64,000 nt of DNA from an uncultured bacterium (GTDB lineage Bacteria > Chloroflexota > UBA5177 > JANWHV01). The translations under genes and the position numbers were made by a program. Of the stretch, positions 41,139-51,122 are shown piece by piece. The notes under the pieces are model-generated. The model was given only the letters and a program-made list of their open reading frames with translations. It was not told the DNA's origin and made no database searches. Every line of letters begins with the position of its first letter. The first letter of the stretch is position 1. Location of the stretch: positions 1,472,001 through 1,536,000 of the forward strand of contig CAWHAE010000012.1 in NCBI GenBank assembly GCA_963827235.1, read 5' to 3'.

Positions 41139-42818
41139 ATGGATAAGGTAGAGCGATTGGTCTCGGCGCTGCGCACCGGCGAAATCGGGCGCGGCGAATT
41201 CCTGATGCGGGCGGGCGCGCTCGGCATTTCCGTACCCGCATTGGACGCCATGCTGCGCATGGGCACGGCGAGCGCCGCGAGCACGAGCCGCGCGGCCGCC
41301 GCCTCGGGCGGCACGGTTACCGTGGCCTACGCACCGGAGCCCGACACGCTCAACGTCTACAGCACGCACTTGCTGGGCGACGTGGAAGCGGCGGTGGTGG
41401 AGGGCTTGCTCATCCCGAACGGGAACATGCAGTACGTGCCGGTGCTCTCCCAGCGGGTGCCCACGCTGCAGAACGGCGACATCAAGCTCACTAACGGCGG
41501 CAAGACGATGGATATCACCTACCACCTGCGACCGGGCGTAACCTGGTCCGACGGCCAGCCGCTGACCAGTGCCGACGTGCTGTTCACCTGGCAGGCGCTT
41601 GCCGACCCGAAGTTCGTGGCCGAGAGCAAGGAAGGTGTCGACGACGTCGCGTCGATCAGCACCCCCGACGCGTTGACCGCGGTAGTGCACTACAAGCGGA
41701 TCAATGCCGACTTCGCGAACACGTTGTTCACGTTCGGCCTGTTCCCCAAGCACGCGCTGCAGGGAAAAGACCTCAACACCGACCAGGCATACAACCGGAA
41801 GCCCCTGGGCACCGGACCCTTCGTCGTGCAGGAGTGGGCGAGCGGTGAGTATATTACCCTTGATCGCAATCCTCACTACTGGCGAGCCGGCCAGCCTTAC
41901 CTGGACAAGCTGATCTTCAAGATCGTGCCCGACACCAACACACAGGTCGAGCAGCTGCAGACCGGCGAGGCGAATTTCGTGCAGAACGTGCCCTACGCCA
42001 AGGTCAGCCAGGTCAAAGCCATGTCCGGCATCAAAGTTGTATCCAGCAAGCTCAATTCCTGGCTGAACCTCAATTTCAACTTCAAGGTGCCCGGGCTCAA
42101 CGATCTGGCGGTCCGGCAGGCGTTCGCCTACGGGATCGACAAGAACGCGATCTGCCAGCAGGCGCTGTTCGGATTGCCGACGCCGGTCAAGAGCGTGATC
42201 CAGCCGGTGTCGCCGTACTTCAACGCCAATGTCCCGGACTACCCCTACAATCCCGCCAAGGCAAAGGCCATCCTGGACGCCGCGGGCTGGAAGCCTGGAT
42301 CGGACGGGGTTCGGGCAAAGGGGGGCGTTCGCCTGGCCTTCACCTTTACTACCTACAGTGACACCGCCGACTACGTGCGCGTGCAGGAAATCATCATGGC
42401 GGAGATGCAGGCGCTGGGCATTCAGCTGACCGCGGCGAACGGGCCTGCCAGCACGGTGGCCGGCAAGATGTTCCAGGGCCAGTATCAGATCAACATGCAC
42501 CGCTGGATCCTGGCGGCCGGTCCCTCGATCACGATGCTCTATGCTTCGGACCAGATTCCGCCGAACGGCCTCAACGAGAGCTACTACAGCAATCCGGCCC
42601 TCGACAAGATCTTGCACCAATCCGACACGGTGCTCGACTTCGCCAAGCGGAAAGCGATGCTGAACCAGGCACAGAACATCATCGCGCACGATCTGCCGAC
42701 GATTGTGATCTACAACAACACGCAGGTGATGGCCTACACGGACAAGCTGACAGGCTTCACGCCGAATCCTACCAACATGACCAATTTCTGGAACACCGGT
42801 ACCTGGAGGCTGAGCTAA
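41139..42818 (+). CDS. Family 5 ABC substrate-binding protein
   Basis: Tat-like GRGEFL leader; LRPGVTWSDG, GTGPF, VRQAFAYGID. Confidence 0.94.
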   Translation: MDKVERLVSALRTGEIGRGEFLMRAGALGISVPALDAMLRMGTASAASTSRAAAASGGTVTVAYAPEPDTLNVYSTHLLGDVEAAVVEGLLIPNGNMQYVPVLSQRVPTLQNGDIKLTNGGKTMDITYHLRPGVTWSDGQPLTSADVLFTWQALADPKFVAESKEGVDDVASISTPDALTAVVHYKRINADFANTLFTFGLFPKHALQGKDLNTDQAYNRKPLGTGPFVVQEWASGEYITLDRNPHYWRAGQPYLDKLIFKIVPDTNTQVEQLQTGEANFVQNVPYAKVSQVKAMSGIKVVSSKLNSWLNLNFNFKVPGLNDLAVRQAFAYGIDKNAICQQALFGLPTPVKSVIQPVSPYFNANVPDYPYNPAKAKAILDAAGWKPGSDGVRAKGGVRLAFTFTTYSDTADYVRVQEIIMAEMQALGIQLTAANGPASTVAGKMFQGQYQINMHRWILAAGPSITMLYASDQIPPNGLNESYYSNPALDKILHQSDTVLDFAKRKAMLNQAQNIIAHDLPTIVIYNNTQVMAYTDKLTGFTPNPTNMTNFWNTGTWRLS

Positions 42819-42822
42819 GCGT

Positions 42823-43860
42823 ATGAGCACAGGCGTTCCACTGCTTATCGCGTCCCCACTTGAACCGGAGCACGTTGCCACTATCGCCGCGGCTGAGCCG
42901 CGCGTAGAGGTGCTCTACGAGGCGGATCTTCTCGGTCGACCGCGGTATCCAGGCGACCACAATGGTGCTCCCTTCGTGCGCACGCCGGAACAGCAGATGC
43001 GATGGAACGCCTTGCTCGCCCGCGCCGAGATCCTCTGGGATTTCGACCGGGACAGCATGCCGGATCTGCTCGAGCGCGCCCCACGCCTGCGCTGGGTGCA
43101 AAGCACCAGCGCAGGCGTGGGGCAGTTCGCCGCCAGGCACGGCTTGCTGGACAGCGATCTCCTGATCACCACTGCCAGCGGCGTCCACGCCGGACCGCTC
43201 GCCGAATTCGCGCTCATGGCCATGCTGATGTTCACCAAGGACGTAGCACGACTGGAGCGGGACCGCGAGGCGCGTCGCTGGCAGCGCTACGCCGTGCGTG
43301 AGCTTGCCGGCCAGACGGCGGTGATCGTGGGTTTGGGCCGGATCGGGCGGGCCATCGCCGCCGTTGCCCGCCCGTTCGGCGTACGCACGATCGGGCTCGT
43401 CCGCGACCCGGGCCAGCGCACCGCTGCCGAGCTGGGCGTGGATCGCCTGGCGGGCCCGGAATCTCTGCTCGAGGTCGTGCCCCTGGCGGACACGCTGGTG
43501 CTCTCCGTACCGCATACCCCGCGGACCGATGGGCTGATCAGCAAGCAGGTGATCGATACCCTGAAGGCAGGCGCGCTGGTGGTCAACGTAGCCCGCGGCC
43601 AGGTGATCGACGAGGGGGCGTTGCTGGACGCCCTGGGCAGCGGAAAGCTGGCCGGCGCGGCGCTGGACGTCTTCCGCCAGGAGCCCCTGCCGCCCGAGAG
43701 TCCGTTCTGGACTCTACCCAACGTGATCGTCAGCCCGCATTCAGCCAGCACGGGCCTGGGCGAGAACGCGCGTCTAGTCTCGCTGTTTCTGGACAACCTT
43801 CGGCGGTATCTTGACGGCGAGCCTATGTGCAACGTCTTAAGCAGGGAGTTGCTCTACTGA
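42823..43860 (+). CDS. D-2-hydroxyacid dehydrogenase
   Basis: SAGV, GLGRIG, NVARG, ALDVFRQEPLP, SPH. Confidence 0.94.
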   Translation: MSTGVPLLIASPLEPEHVATIAAAEPRVEVLYEADLLGRPRYPGDHNGAPFVRTPEQQMRWNALLARAEILWDFDRDSMPDLLERAPRLRWVQSTSAGVGQFAARHGLLDSDLLITTASGVHAGPLAEFALMAMLMFTKDVARLERDREARRWQRYAVRELAGQTAVIVGLGRIGRAIAAVARPFGVRTIGLVRDPGQRTAAELGVDRLAGPESLLEVVPLADTLVLSVPHTPRTDGLISKQVIDTLKAGALVVNVARGQVIDEGALLDALGSGKLAGAALDVFRQEPLPPESPFWTLPNVIVSPHSASTGLGENARLVSLFLDNLRRYLDGEPMCNVLSRELLY

Positions 43861-44684
43861 TGAGTGTGGACGAACCGCCGGATGGCACTGCGAACTACCA
43901 GGCACGGGCCTTGCAACGCGGGTTGGCGATCTTGCGCAGCTTCGGCGCGCAGCAGCCGGACTATACGCTCGCCGAGCTCTCCAAACGGCTGAGCGTGCCG
44001 AAGAGCACGCTGTTCCGCCTGTTGCAGGTGCTCGAGGCGGAAGACTTCGTGGAACAGGACGCCCGGGGGCGCTGGCGGCTGGGACTGGCCGCCTTTGAGG
44101 TCGGCAGCGTCTACACACAGCAGCTTTCATTTACCGCGGCGGCGCAGCCGGCGATCGAGCGCCTGGCTGCCGAGTGCGGTGAGACGGCCAGCCTGGCGGT
44201 ATTGGCCGACGGCGAAGTCGTCTATATCGCGATCGTGCGCGGCCAGCGCGAGATAGGTATCCAGTCCAACGTCGGGGCGCGACATCCCGTGCATTGCACT
44301 GCCCTGGGCAAGGTGTTGCTGGCCTATCGGCCGGCCGAAGAGGTGCGCGATATGCTCGTGCAGCACGGGATGCCCCGGCACACCGAGCGCACGATCACCA
44401 CGGTCGAAGCCTTCGAAGGGGCCCTGACCCAGGTGCGAAAGCTGGGCTACGCCGTCGACGACGAGGAGCGCGCCTACAACATTCGCTGCGTGGCCGCGCC
44501 TATTCGCGACCGCCACGGCGACGTCATCGCGGCGCTGAGCGCCTCGGGCCCCGCCTTCCGGCTGGACGAGCTGACGCTCGATCGGATGCGCGGCCACGTG
44601 GTTGCCGCCGCCTCCGCCGTCTCGCAGCGGCTGGGCTACGTGAAGGGCACCCTGCCCGCGGCAAGCCCCTTGGGGGGCTCGTAG
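43860..44684 (+). CDS. IclR family transcriptional regulator
   Basis: ALQRGLAIL, PKSTLFRLL, HCTALGKVLLA, GYAVDDEE. Confidence 0.95.
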   Translation: MSVDEPPDGTANYQARALQRGLAILRSFGAQQPDYTLAELSKRLSVPKSTLFRLLQVLEAEDFVEQDARGRWRLGLAAFEVGSVYTQQLSFTAAAQPAIERLAAECGETASLAVLADGEVVYIAIVRGQREIGIQSNVGARHPVHCTALGKVLLAYRPAEEVRDMLVQHGMPRHTERTITTVEAFEGALTQVRKLGYAVDDEERAYNIRCVAAPIRDRHGDVIAALSASGPAFRLDELTLDRMRGHVVAAASAVSQRLGYVKGTLPAASPLGGS

Positions 44685-44832
44685 CCGCCGAGGACCGCGT
44701 CGCGCGCCCGGGTGACGGCGCCACAAAGCCGCCGCGTTGCGCTGCACGCTCCATGCTATGATGAGCGCGGATTCGTGCCGCGGCACCTGCCGCGTGGAGG
44801 TCGCCTTCGAGGCAGACTGGAGCGAAAGCGCT

Positions 44833-45045
44833 ATGTGGTGGCACGACCTGCTCTGGGGGCTCTGGAACGGCACCACGGCCTGGGTCGTTCTGATCGTACA
44901 CGCGTGCGGCGGCTGGTCGCAGTACCCCTTCTTCAACACCGCCAGGAACGGCGACTGGTATGACCTTGGCTTTCTGCTCGGCGCGGGCTCTCCGTTTCTC
45001 GGCTTCTTCGGATCCAGCAGAAGGAAGTCCAGCCGGGCGAGCTAG
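44833..45045 (+). CDS. Small conserved membrane protein
   Basis: WGLWNG..NGDWYDLGFLLG pattern; two hydrophobic segments. Confidence 0.65.
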   Translation: MWWHDLLWGLWNGTTAWVVLIVHACGGWSQYPFFNTARNGDWYDLGFLLGAGSPFLGFFGSSRRKSSRAS

Positions 45046-45260
45046 AGGGGCCGCGCCCGCCCTGCCGGCGGCCGGCGAGATCGAGCGTTCAGCGTGGACC
45101 TGCCGCCGTCCTCGTTACCGGTAGGACGCGCGCCCCGTTGTTCTTGATGTTCGGGTAGCGCGTGCGGGCCCGAGCCGGCTGCCGAGTGCCGCCAGCTCGC
45201 GGCGGCCTATGCGTCACAGGGATGCAGCACGCACGCGTCCGGCCGGAAGGAGAACACGCC

Positions 45261-45977
45261 ATGGGAAGAATGGGAATAGTCGCCGCCAGCCTGGTCACGG
45301 CCCTTATGGTGAGCGCGGGCGTGCCGCGCGCCCTCGCGGCCGGCACGGAGACCTCGAGCCAGACCAGCATCACGGTCAGCGCGCAGGGCTCGACCACGGT
45401 CACTCCCGACGTGGCGTTCGTCACGGTCGGCGTGCAACAGACCGACCTGCAGGCCGACAAGGCGCAGAGCCTGGCGAACGCGATCATCGCCGCCGCCATC
45501 TCGCGCATCAAGGCCCTCGGTATCCCGGACAAGGATATCCAGACACAGAGCATCTCCCTGGACCCGCAGTACGACGATCGCGGCGCCCTGACCGGCTTTC
45601 AGGCCACCGATACCCTTTCGATCACCGTCGAGCAGATGGGCAAGGCGGGATCGGTGATCGACGCGGGCGTTGGCGCGGGCGCCAACCGGAACGTGAGCGT
45701 GAGCTTCGGACTGAAGGACGATAGCCAGGCGCGTGCCGACGCCTTGCGAGCGGCGATCGCCGCCGGGCAGCGGAAGGCGACCGCCGCGGCCACCCAGCTC
45801 GGCCTCTCGCTCGCCGGCGCCAAGGTGCAGGTCGTGGAGAACCAGGTGCAGACGGTTGTGCCCGAGCCCTATGCCGCGGTTGGAGGCGTCGCGCGAAGCA
45901 CGGTCACCACGCCGACGCCGGTGCAGACGGGCTCGCTGGTCATTCAGGACAGCGTGACGCTCACCTACACCCTGTAG
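45261..45977 (+). CDS. SIMPL (DUF541) domain secreted protein
   Basis: ITVSAQG..PDVA.V..GV, DIQT..ISLDPQY, GAN..V.FGL. Confidence 0.9.
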   Translation: MGRMGIVAASLVTALMVSAGVPRALAAGTETSSQTSITVSAQGSTTVTPDVAFVTVGVQQTDLQADKAQSLANAIIAAAISRIKALGIPDKDIQTQSISLDPQYDDRGALTGFQATDTLSITVEQMGKAGSVIDAGVGAGANRNVSVSFGLKDDSQARADALRAAIAAGQRKATAAATQLGLSLAGAKVQVVENQVQTVVPEPYAAVGGVARSTVTTPTPVQTGSLVIQDSVTLTYTL

Positions 45978-46219
45978 ACCGCGTCGCGCCGATCACGGCC
46001 GCACGAGGCGGCGTGGCATGCCCGGAAAGCGCCGAGCAGATGACTGCTCGGCGCGAGCACGCGCTCTCCGTGTGGTGTAGCCGGACGCCGGCCGGGCAGC
46101 AGGTTGCGCTCGGGCAGCTCCTCGCTCGTCACGCGTTGCCGGCTGGGCCGCGGCATGGCGCGCGTCCGGATGTGACGCGCACGCATGGATTCGTTCTGCC
46201 CTCCCTGAGGGACCGAGCG

Positions 46220-47269
46220 CTATGCGGTGCCGCGCCGGATGAGCTCCAGGGGCACCGTCTCCGCGATGCACTCGTTGGTGTTCTGCTCAATCATGTGCAT
46301 GAGCAAGTCGGCGGCTCGACGGCCAAGATCGGCGAAGGGAATGTGCACGGTCGTGAGAGGCGGAATGAGCTCCTGAGCAAGTGGAACGTCGTCGAAGCCG
46401 ACCACAGCGACGTCGTCGGGAATGCGAAATCCGCGCCAGCGCAGCACCTCTATGGCATTGAGCGCGAGCTCGTCGTTGGCGGCGAATATGGCAGTCGGAG
46501 GGTCCGGCATCTGAAGCAGGTGGGTCGCCGCCGCGGCGGCGTCTGCCGGCAGCCAGCTCCCACCCTTCACCAGAGCCTCGTCGTTCCTCAGGTCTGCCTC
46601 GGCAAGGGCTCGCCTGTAGCCGGCAAGGCGATCGCGTCCCGCCACCTGGCGAGGATCACCTTCGAGGTGCGCTATCCGCCGGTGGCCCTTGTCGATCAGG
46701 TATCTCGTGGCGGAGCAGGCGGCGCCCTCGTCGTCGTAGCTTACCGAGCTGAACCCAAAGCGAGGCGCTGCCGCGCGCTCGATGCAGACGCAATGGAGTC
46801 CGGCGTTCGCGATCGTTTCCAGCACACCGTCCGTCACGGAAGGATCCTGGGCCAAGCGCACGACCACGCCGTCCACCCGTCCGCTGTGCAAGAGCTCACG
46901 CACGCCGCGCGGATCGTCGTCCACCCCCAGTGGGCAGGGGAGCAAGTAGTGCCGGTTGGCCTGGAGGGCCAGGGTGAGACCCGTCAGGACGCCCGCGTTC
47001 CACGGGGCAATGAAGGCGCTCTCCGGGTAGTAGTCGCAGGAGATGAAGCCGATCGTCCGCGTGCGCTGCATGCGAAGGCCGCGTGCCGCGGCGTTCGGGT
47101 GGTAGCTGAGCGTTTCAATGGCGTCGAGGACGCGGCGGCGAGCGTCCGGAGAGGTGGCACGCGGCCCGTCGTTGATCACATACGAGACCACGGCCGTGGA
47201 CACGCCGGCCAGCTTGGCCACGTCCCGGTGTGTTACTCGTCTCTTGGCAAGCATCCCGTCATCCGCCAT
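46220..47269 (-). CDS. LacI family transcriptional regulator
   Basis: DVAKLAGVSTAVVSYVIN, PTAIFAAND, IPDDVAVVGFDD, LTTV. Confidence 0.95.
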   Translation of the reverse strand: MADDGMLAKRRVTHRDVAKLAGVSTAVVSYVINDGPRATSPDARRRVLDAIETLSYHPNAAARGLRMQRTRTIGFISCDYYPESAFIAPWNAGVLTGLTLALQANRHYLLPCPLGVDDDPRGVRELLHSGRVDGVVVRLAQDPSVTDGVLETIANAGLHCVCIERAAAPRFGFSSVSYDDEGAACSATRYLIDKGHRRIAHLEGDPRQVAGRDRLAGYRRALAEADLRNDEALVKGGSWLPADAAAAATHLLQMPDPPTAIFAANDELALNAIEVLRWRGFRIPDDVAVVGFDDVPLAQELIPPLTTVHIPFADLGRRAADLLMHMIEQNTNECIAETVPLELIRRGTA

Positions 47270-47541
47270 CTTCCTTCAATGTAGTTACCGGCTCATCGAT
47301 CACTTCACGCAGCCAGGCGCCCATCTGCCCATTCCCGCGATCGGCCCATGCGGGGCAGGGAACGGCGGTAAGCGTCCGCGCCTGCAGTTGGGGCGGATCG
47401 TGCCGGCAGCAGAGCACGCCGTCCCGGCCGCGATCGGCGATGGAGCATCCTGCGCCTTGAATCACCATGATACCGCCGAGCCGCGAGGGAACATGCCGGG
47501 CAGAGACATTCGCGCCGGGAGTCGCGGCCGGCAGACTCATG

Positions 47542-47594
47542 AAGTATAGGCTGCTCTAATCGATTTGACAAATCGATTAGAGCAGCCTATACTT
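47542..47594. promoter_or_regulatory. Perfect 53-bp palindrome forming mirror-image promoters with LacI-type boxes
   Basis: 26-bp arms around A47568; TTGACA-N17-TATACT on +, TTGTCA-N17-TATACT on -; two AATCGATT boxes. Confidence 0.9.
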
Positions 47595-47711
47595 TGGGCG
47601 ATCGGTGCCGGGCCGCGCCGCCTGAGCGGCTCCGACGCGGCGAAGCCCGCGCTTCAGCTTGGGCGAGCGCCGGCCCAAGTCCGGCTTCTCGTATCGGCAC
47701 GTGGAAGGTCA

Positions 47712-47924
47712 TGGAACAACTTCCTCTGGCCGCTGATCGTCATCGCCAGTACCGACATGATGCCGTTGACGGTCGGTCTGGGCAGCGTGCTCAGCGCGTA
47801 CGGCATCCAATACGCCGAGATCATGGCATCCGCCGTGCCGGCAGCCATTCCCATTCTCGTCGTCTTCGCCGTCTTCCAGAAGCAAATCGTGCAGGGTATA
47901 GCCGGCAGCGGCATCAAGGGTTGA
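47712..47924 (+). pseudogene. 3' remnant of a carbohydrate ABC permease (MalG-like)
   Basis: WNNFLWPLIV..PLTVGL..FQKQIVQGIAGSGIKG; 5' part absent. Confidence 0.88.
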
Positions 47925-47997
47925 TGCGCCGGTCATAGTCGCCAGCGCTCCGGTGCACTGAATCGGCAGCCTCTGCCGTGCGGGCCGGCAGCGAGAG
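47811..47997 (+). repeat. 187-bp direct repeat, left copy
   Basis: Matches 52351-52537 with 9 substitutions (hand count). Confidence 0.95.
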
Positions 47998-48085
47998 TGA
48001 TATAACCCCCCCCAAGACGTGCTCAGGCCGGTCCTGGAGCCGCCTGCGGCCGCCTGGGCCCGGCCTCTTGTGTTGAGTCGTGCGT

Positions 48086-48349
48086 CTATGAGTGGTCCAG
48101 ATTTGCGTCGCCGCTGCGCCCACTTATCGTACTCGGGTCCCCGCCGGCCCACTTGTGCATGTCCTGGATGGATTTAGCCAGATGTAGAGCCCGGCGGATC
48201 ATCTCCGCGCGGGATACGCCCATGTGGGCCGCTAGCTCGTCGAGCAGCTCGCGGTCTTTCTCGGACATGATCAGGTGGAATTCACCGTCGTCGTCTGGAT
48301 GTTTGGGGCCGTGGTCGCCGTGAGTCATCGGTTGCCTTGCTTCTGCCAC
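48086..48349 (-). CDS. Ribbon-helix-helix (CopG-like) protein
   Basis: FHLIMSEKDRELLDELAAHMGVSRAEMIRRAL; GGAGG before GTG. Confidence 0.72.
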   Translation of the reverse strand: MAEARQPMTHGDHGPKHPDDDGEFHLIMSEKDRELLDELAAHMGVSRAEMIRRALHLAKSIQDMHKWAGGDPSTISGRSGDANLDHS

Positions 48350-48522
48350 GTCATTCCTCCGGTGTGCTGTTGGCGTTGGCTTGGTGCTGGCCCTAGCCTG
48401 CCGGGTCCTTCGCATCCGGTCTGCGGTGGTAGGCTGCCAGGCAGACAGGGTCCGGTTGCCGAACTGAGTTACCCGCCCCGGTGGGACGGTGCCGACGACG
48501 CGCATGCGCACGACGCGGCACA

Positions 48523-49119
48523 TCACGAGGCCGTCGCCTTCAGGACCGGCACCGCGAGCTCGTCTGCCGTCTCCCCGCCGACGATCACCGCCCCGGTGAT
48601 GCCTCGTCGATTGATGATGTAGTACGTGGGATAGGCGGTGATGCCGTACCGGTTCACTGTGGCGAACGTGGGGTCGATCAGGATGTGCACATTGGCAGGA
48701 TACTTCTGCTGGAATGCCACAATGTCGCGCGCGGTGGCCGGGCTGAAATCGGTCCGGTGACTGGTGTCGAACTTTGGGCCGTACGGGCTACCCAGAATGC
48801 CGAGGACGCGTATGCCCCTGGACGCGAAGCGCGTGTTCACCTCCTGCAGCACGGCCTGGGCCTGCTGGCAGGGCGCGCACCAGATGGCGATGAATTCGAT
48901 CACGACGGGACGCCCGCGCAGGCTGGAGAGACTGTACCGCTGCCCATCAATGGTCGCCAGCGAGAAATCAGGTGCCGCGCTGCCTACGGCGATGTGCTGC
49001 GACGTCGGGTTGAAATCCGTAGGGTTGGTGAGCCCTACCACCGCAGGGCCGCCACCGCCGGCGTGTGCCGTGCCGGACCAACCGGTGAGCACGGCACCCA
49101 CCAAGCACAACACGGCCAT
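48523..49119 (-). CDS. Exported TlpA/ResA thioredoxin-like protein
   Basis: VGSAAPDFSL, SLSSLRGRPVVIEF..WCAPC, YGITAYPT..I. Confidence 0.88.
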   Translation of the reverse strand: MAVLCLVGAVLTGWSGTAHAGGGGPAVVGLTNPTDFNPTSQHIAVGSAAPDFSLATIDGQRYSLSSLRGRPVVIEFIAIWCAPCQQAQAVLQEVNTRFASRGIRVLGILGSPYGPKFDTSHRTDFSPATARDIVAFQQKYPANVHILIDPTFATVNRYGITAYPTYYIINRRGITGAVIVGGETADELAVPVLKATAS

Positions 49120-49474
49120 GATCCGATGAGCTCGGCTCGAGTGCGATGCGGATACCGGCCGGGCAGTCAGCGGGCTGGGCAGACGCCTGATCGGCTCCTT
49201 CTCTACTCGGGTGCGAAGGGGGACAGCCGCTCCAATCGACGCACGTCCAATCACGCTGGCGCGAACCAACAACGCTACCCGCTCCTTCGAGCTTTGCATG
49301 CCCTTCTCCCTCCTGCGCGGCGCCGGGCACACATAACCCGACGCACGACCTTGCCGTCGCGGCCGGGTTCACCAGTTGCTCGCTGCAGTCCAGGGGTGGC
49401 CAGGCAAGAGCAGGCGTCGGCAAGAGGGGAGTGATCGTGTCGCTCGCGGTTCTTGAGGCGTCGGGCCCTTTCTA

Positions 49475-49501
49475 GGACAGCAGGTCAGCGCATCCACTAC
49501 A
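49475..49501. repeat. 27-bp direct repeat (second copy 50896-50922)
   Basis: GGAC(A/T)GCAGGTCAGCGCATCCACTACA, 1 mismatch. Confidence 0.9.
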
Positions 49502-49867
49502 AGCCAATCATAGACCGCGTGTCAAGGTACGGCTGTGTCAGCTCGGTCGCCATGTCAAGCCAGTCGCTGGCACGGGCCAACGGCGTCAGTCCATCACGAG
49601 GCAGCGGAGGTTGGCGGAGTGTAACCGCGTGGTCATCCCGCGCACTCTCTCCGGCGTATAACAACACCTCGCCTGGCTTGATGCGCGTGGGGGCCGATAC
49701 GTGATGCCCGTGATGCCTATCGGTTTCTGGCATGAACACGCCGGCAACATCAAGCCGGCAAGCGTCAGTCGGCTGCCAGTACGCGCTGCTCGTCTATCCG
49801 CTAGAGATGGTCAAGCAAGTCGGAGCTGAAAGGGCCGATGGCGTATCCGGGCTGTCTTCCTTGAGCC

Positions 49868-50869
49868 TTATACCGTCTGGACATGGTACAGATAGCGGCT
49901 GATTCTGCCGGCGTGCACGCTTTCCACCATTCGCTCTGCTTCTTCCAGGTGGTCCCTGTAGAGCTTGGTATTTCCCTCCGCCACGAACTCCGATTTCACC
50001 TCTTGAAGTACATCCAATGAGCGCTGCCAGAATAGCTTTTCGCCTGCAGTGAAATCGTAGGTCTGGAACGCAAGCCCAGCTGCGCTCAATGCGTCTGCTA
50101 GTCCGGTCTTCTCAGGCTGCAGCCGCTCAGCTGGCTGACCGCTTCGCAAGACCTCTGACCAGAATAGCCCCAGTTGACCAGAATGTTTCAGGATACTCTT
50201 CAGACTGATCACGGTGTTGTGCAGATCTGTGGCAAAGTACAGAGTATCTATGGCAATTATCGTGTCGAAGCTGGCTTCTGGTAGCGCCAACTGATTCATG
50301 GAGCCGAGGCAGAAAGCCAGCCGCCCCGACTTTCTTCTTGTGCGGACCTGCGCCCTTCTCACGGCCGGGCCAGCAAAATCCAGACCAGTCACGCGAGCCC
50401 CAGTGCGATCTGACAGGTACTCGGTAATCCTGCCCACTCCGCAACCAATATCCAGAACCCGGCTATTCTTGCTCAGGCTCAGTACCTCGACCAGCTTCTC
50501 TAGCTGGTCCATCGTGACCATACTGAACTGACCAAGGTCCTCACCGTAAAGCAAGTGGCAGTAATGTGCGTGCGCCTTACTTTCATCCGCCGTTACCAGC
50601 ACCTCTCCGAAGTCTTCGCCTCGAAGCGTGTCGGCGTATTCAGTTCCCGATGCCGAGAGGCTGTACGTATCGCCGTCCGATATCAGGTGGCCTCGTTCCA
50701 TGAAGTCGGCGAGGGCTCGCGTCCAATCCTTCACGCCCTTCCCTCTGCTCGCCATGCTCTTCAGGTACGACTCGCGCAGCTCCTCGCGTGTGAAGGCTGC
50801 CTTGCGCACCACGAACAAAGCCCACGCCACCTGGCGTTCCGCCTGACGTGTGTCATTGTCGTCAATCAT
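49868..50869 (-). CDS. Class I SAM-dependent methyltransferase with N-terminal winged-helix-like region
   Basis: VLDIGCGVG, VTGLD, ASFD.I.AIDTLYF; visibly lower GC than flanks. Confidence 0.88.
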   Translation of the reverse strand: MIDDNDTRQAERQVAWALFVVRKAAFTREELRESYLKSMASRGKGVKDWTRALADFMERGHLISDGDTYSLSASGTEYADTLRGEDFGEVLVTADESKAHAHYCHLLYGEDLGQFSMVTMDQLEKLVEVLSLSKNSRVLDIGCGVGRITEYLSDRTGARVTGLDFAGPAVRRAQVRTRRKSGRLAFCLGSMNQLALPEASFDTIIAIDTLYFATDLHNTVISLKSILKHSGQLGLFWSEVLRSGQPAERLQPEKTGLADALSAAGLAFQTYDFTAGEKLFWQRSLDVLQEVKSEFVAEGNTKLYRDHLEEAERMVESVHAGRISRYLYHVQTV

Positions 50870-51122
50870 CGACGTTCCCGTTTCGATACATGGACGGACT
50901 GCAGGTCAGCGCATCCACTACATGCCGAGGCCGCCGGCAAGACTCTCGACTGTTGTATGGGTGCACCGGGTGCACCCCCTCGCCGTGTGTACTGATTCAA
51001 CCCAGACCTATAGTGAAGCCACGGTGAGACCCGCAGATTCGCCGGCGTGCAGACGGAGGCGGGCAAGATGCCCACGGTCCCGGGAGAGTTGTCAGGGCTG
51101 CAGCATCCGTCGCGGTTTCAGA

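Noticed and set aside
49475-50922. 27-bp repeats as integron attC sites
   Set aside because: No RYYYAAC/GTTRRRY ends, no palindromic structure and no IntI
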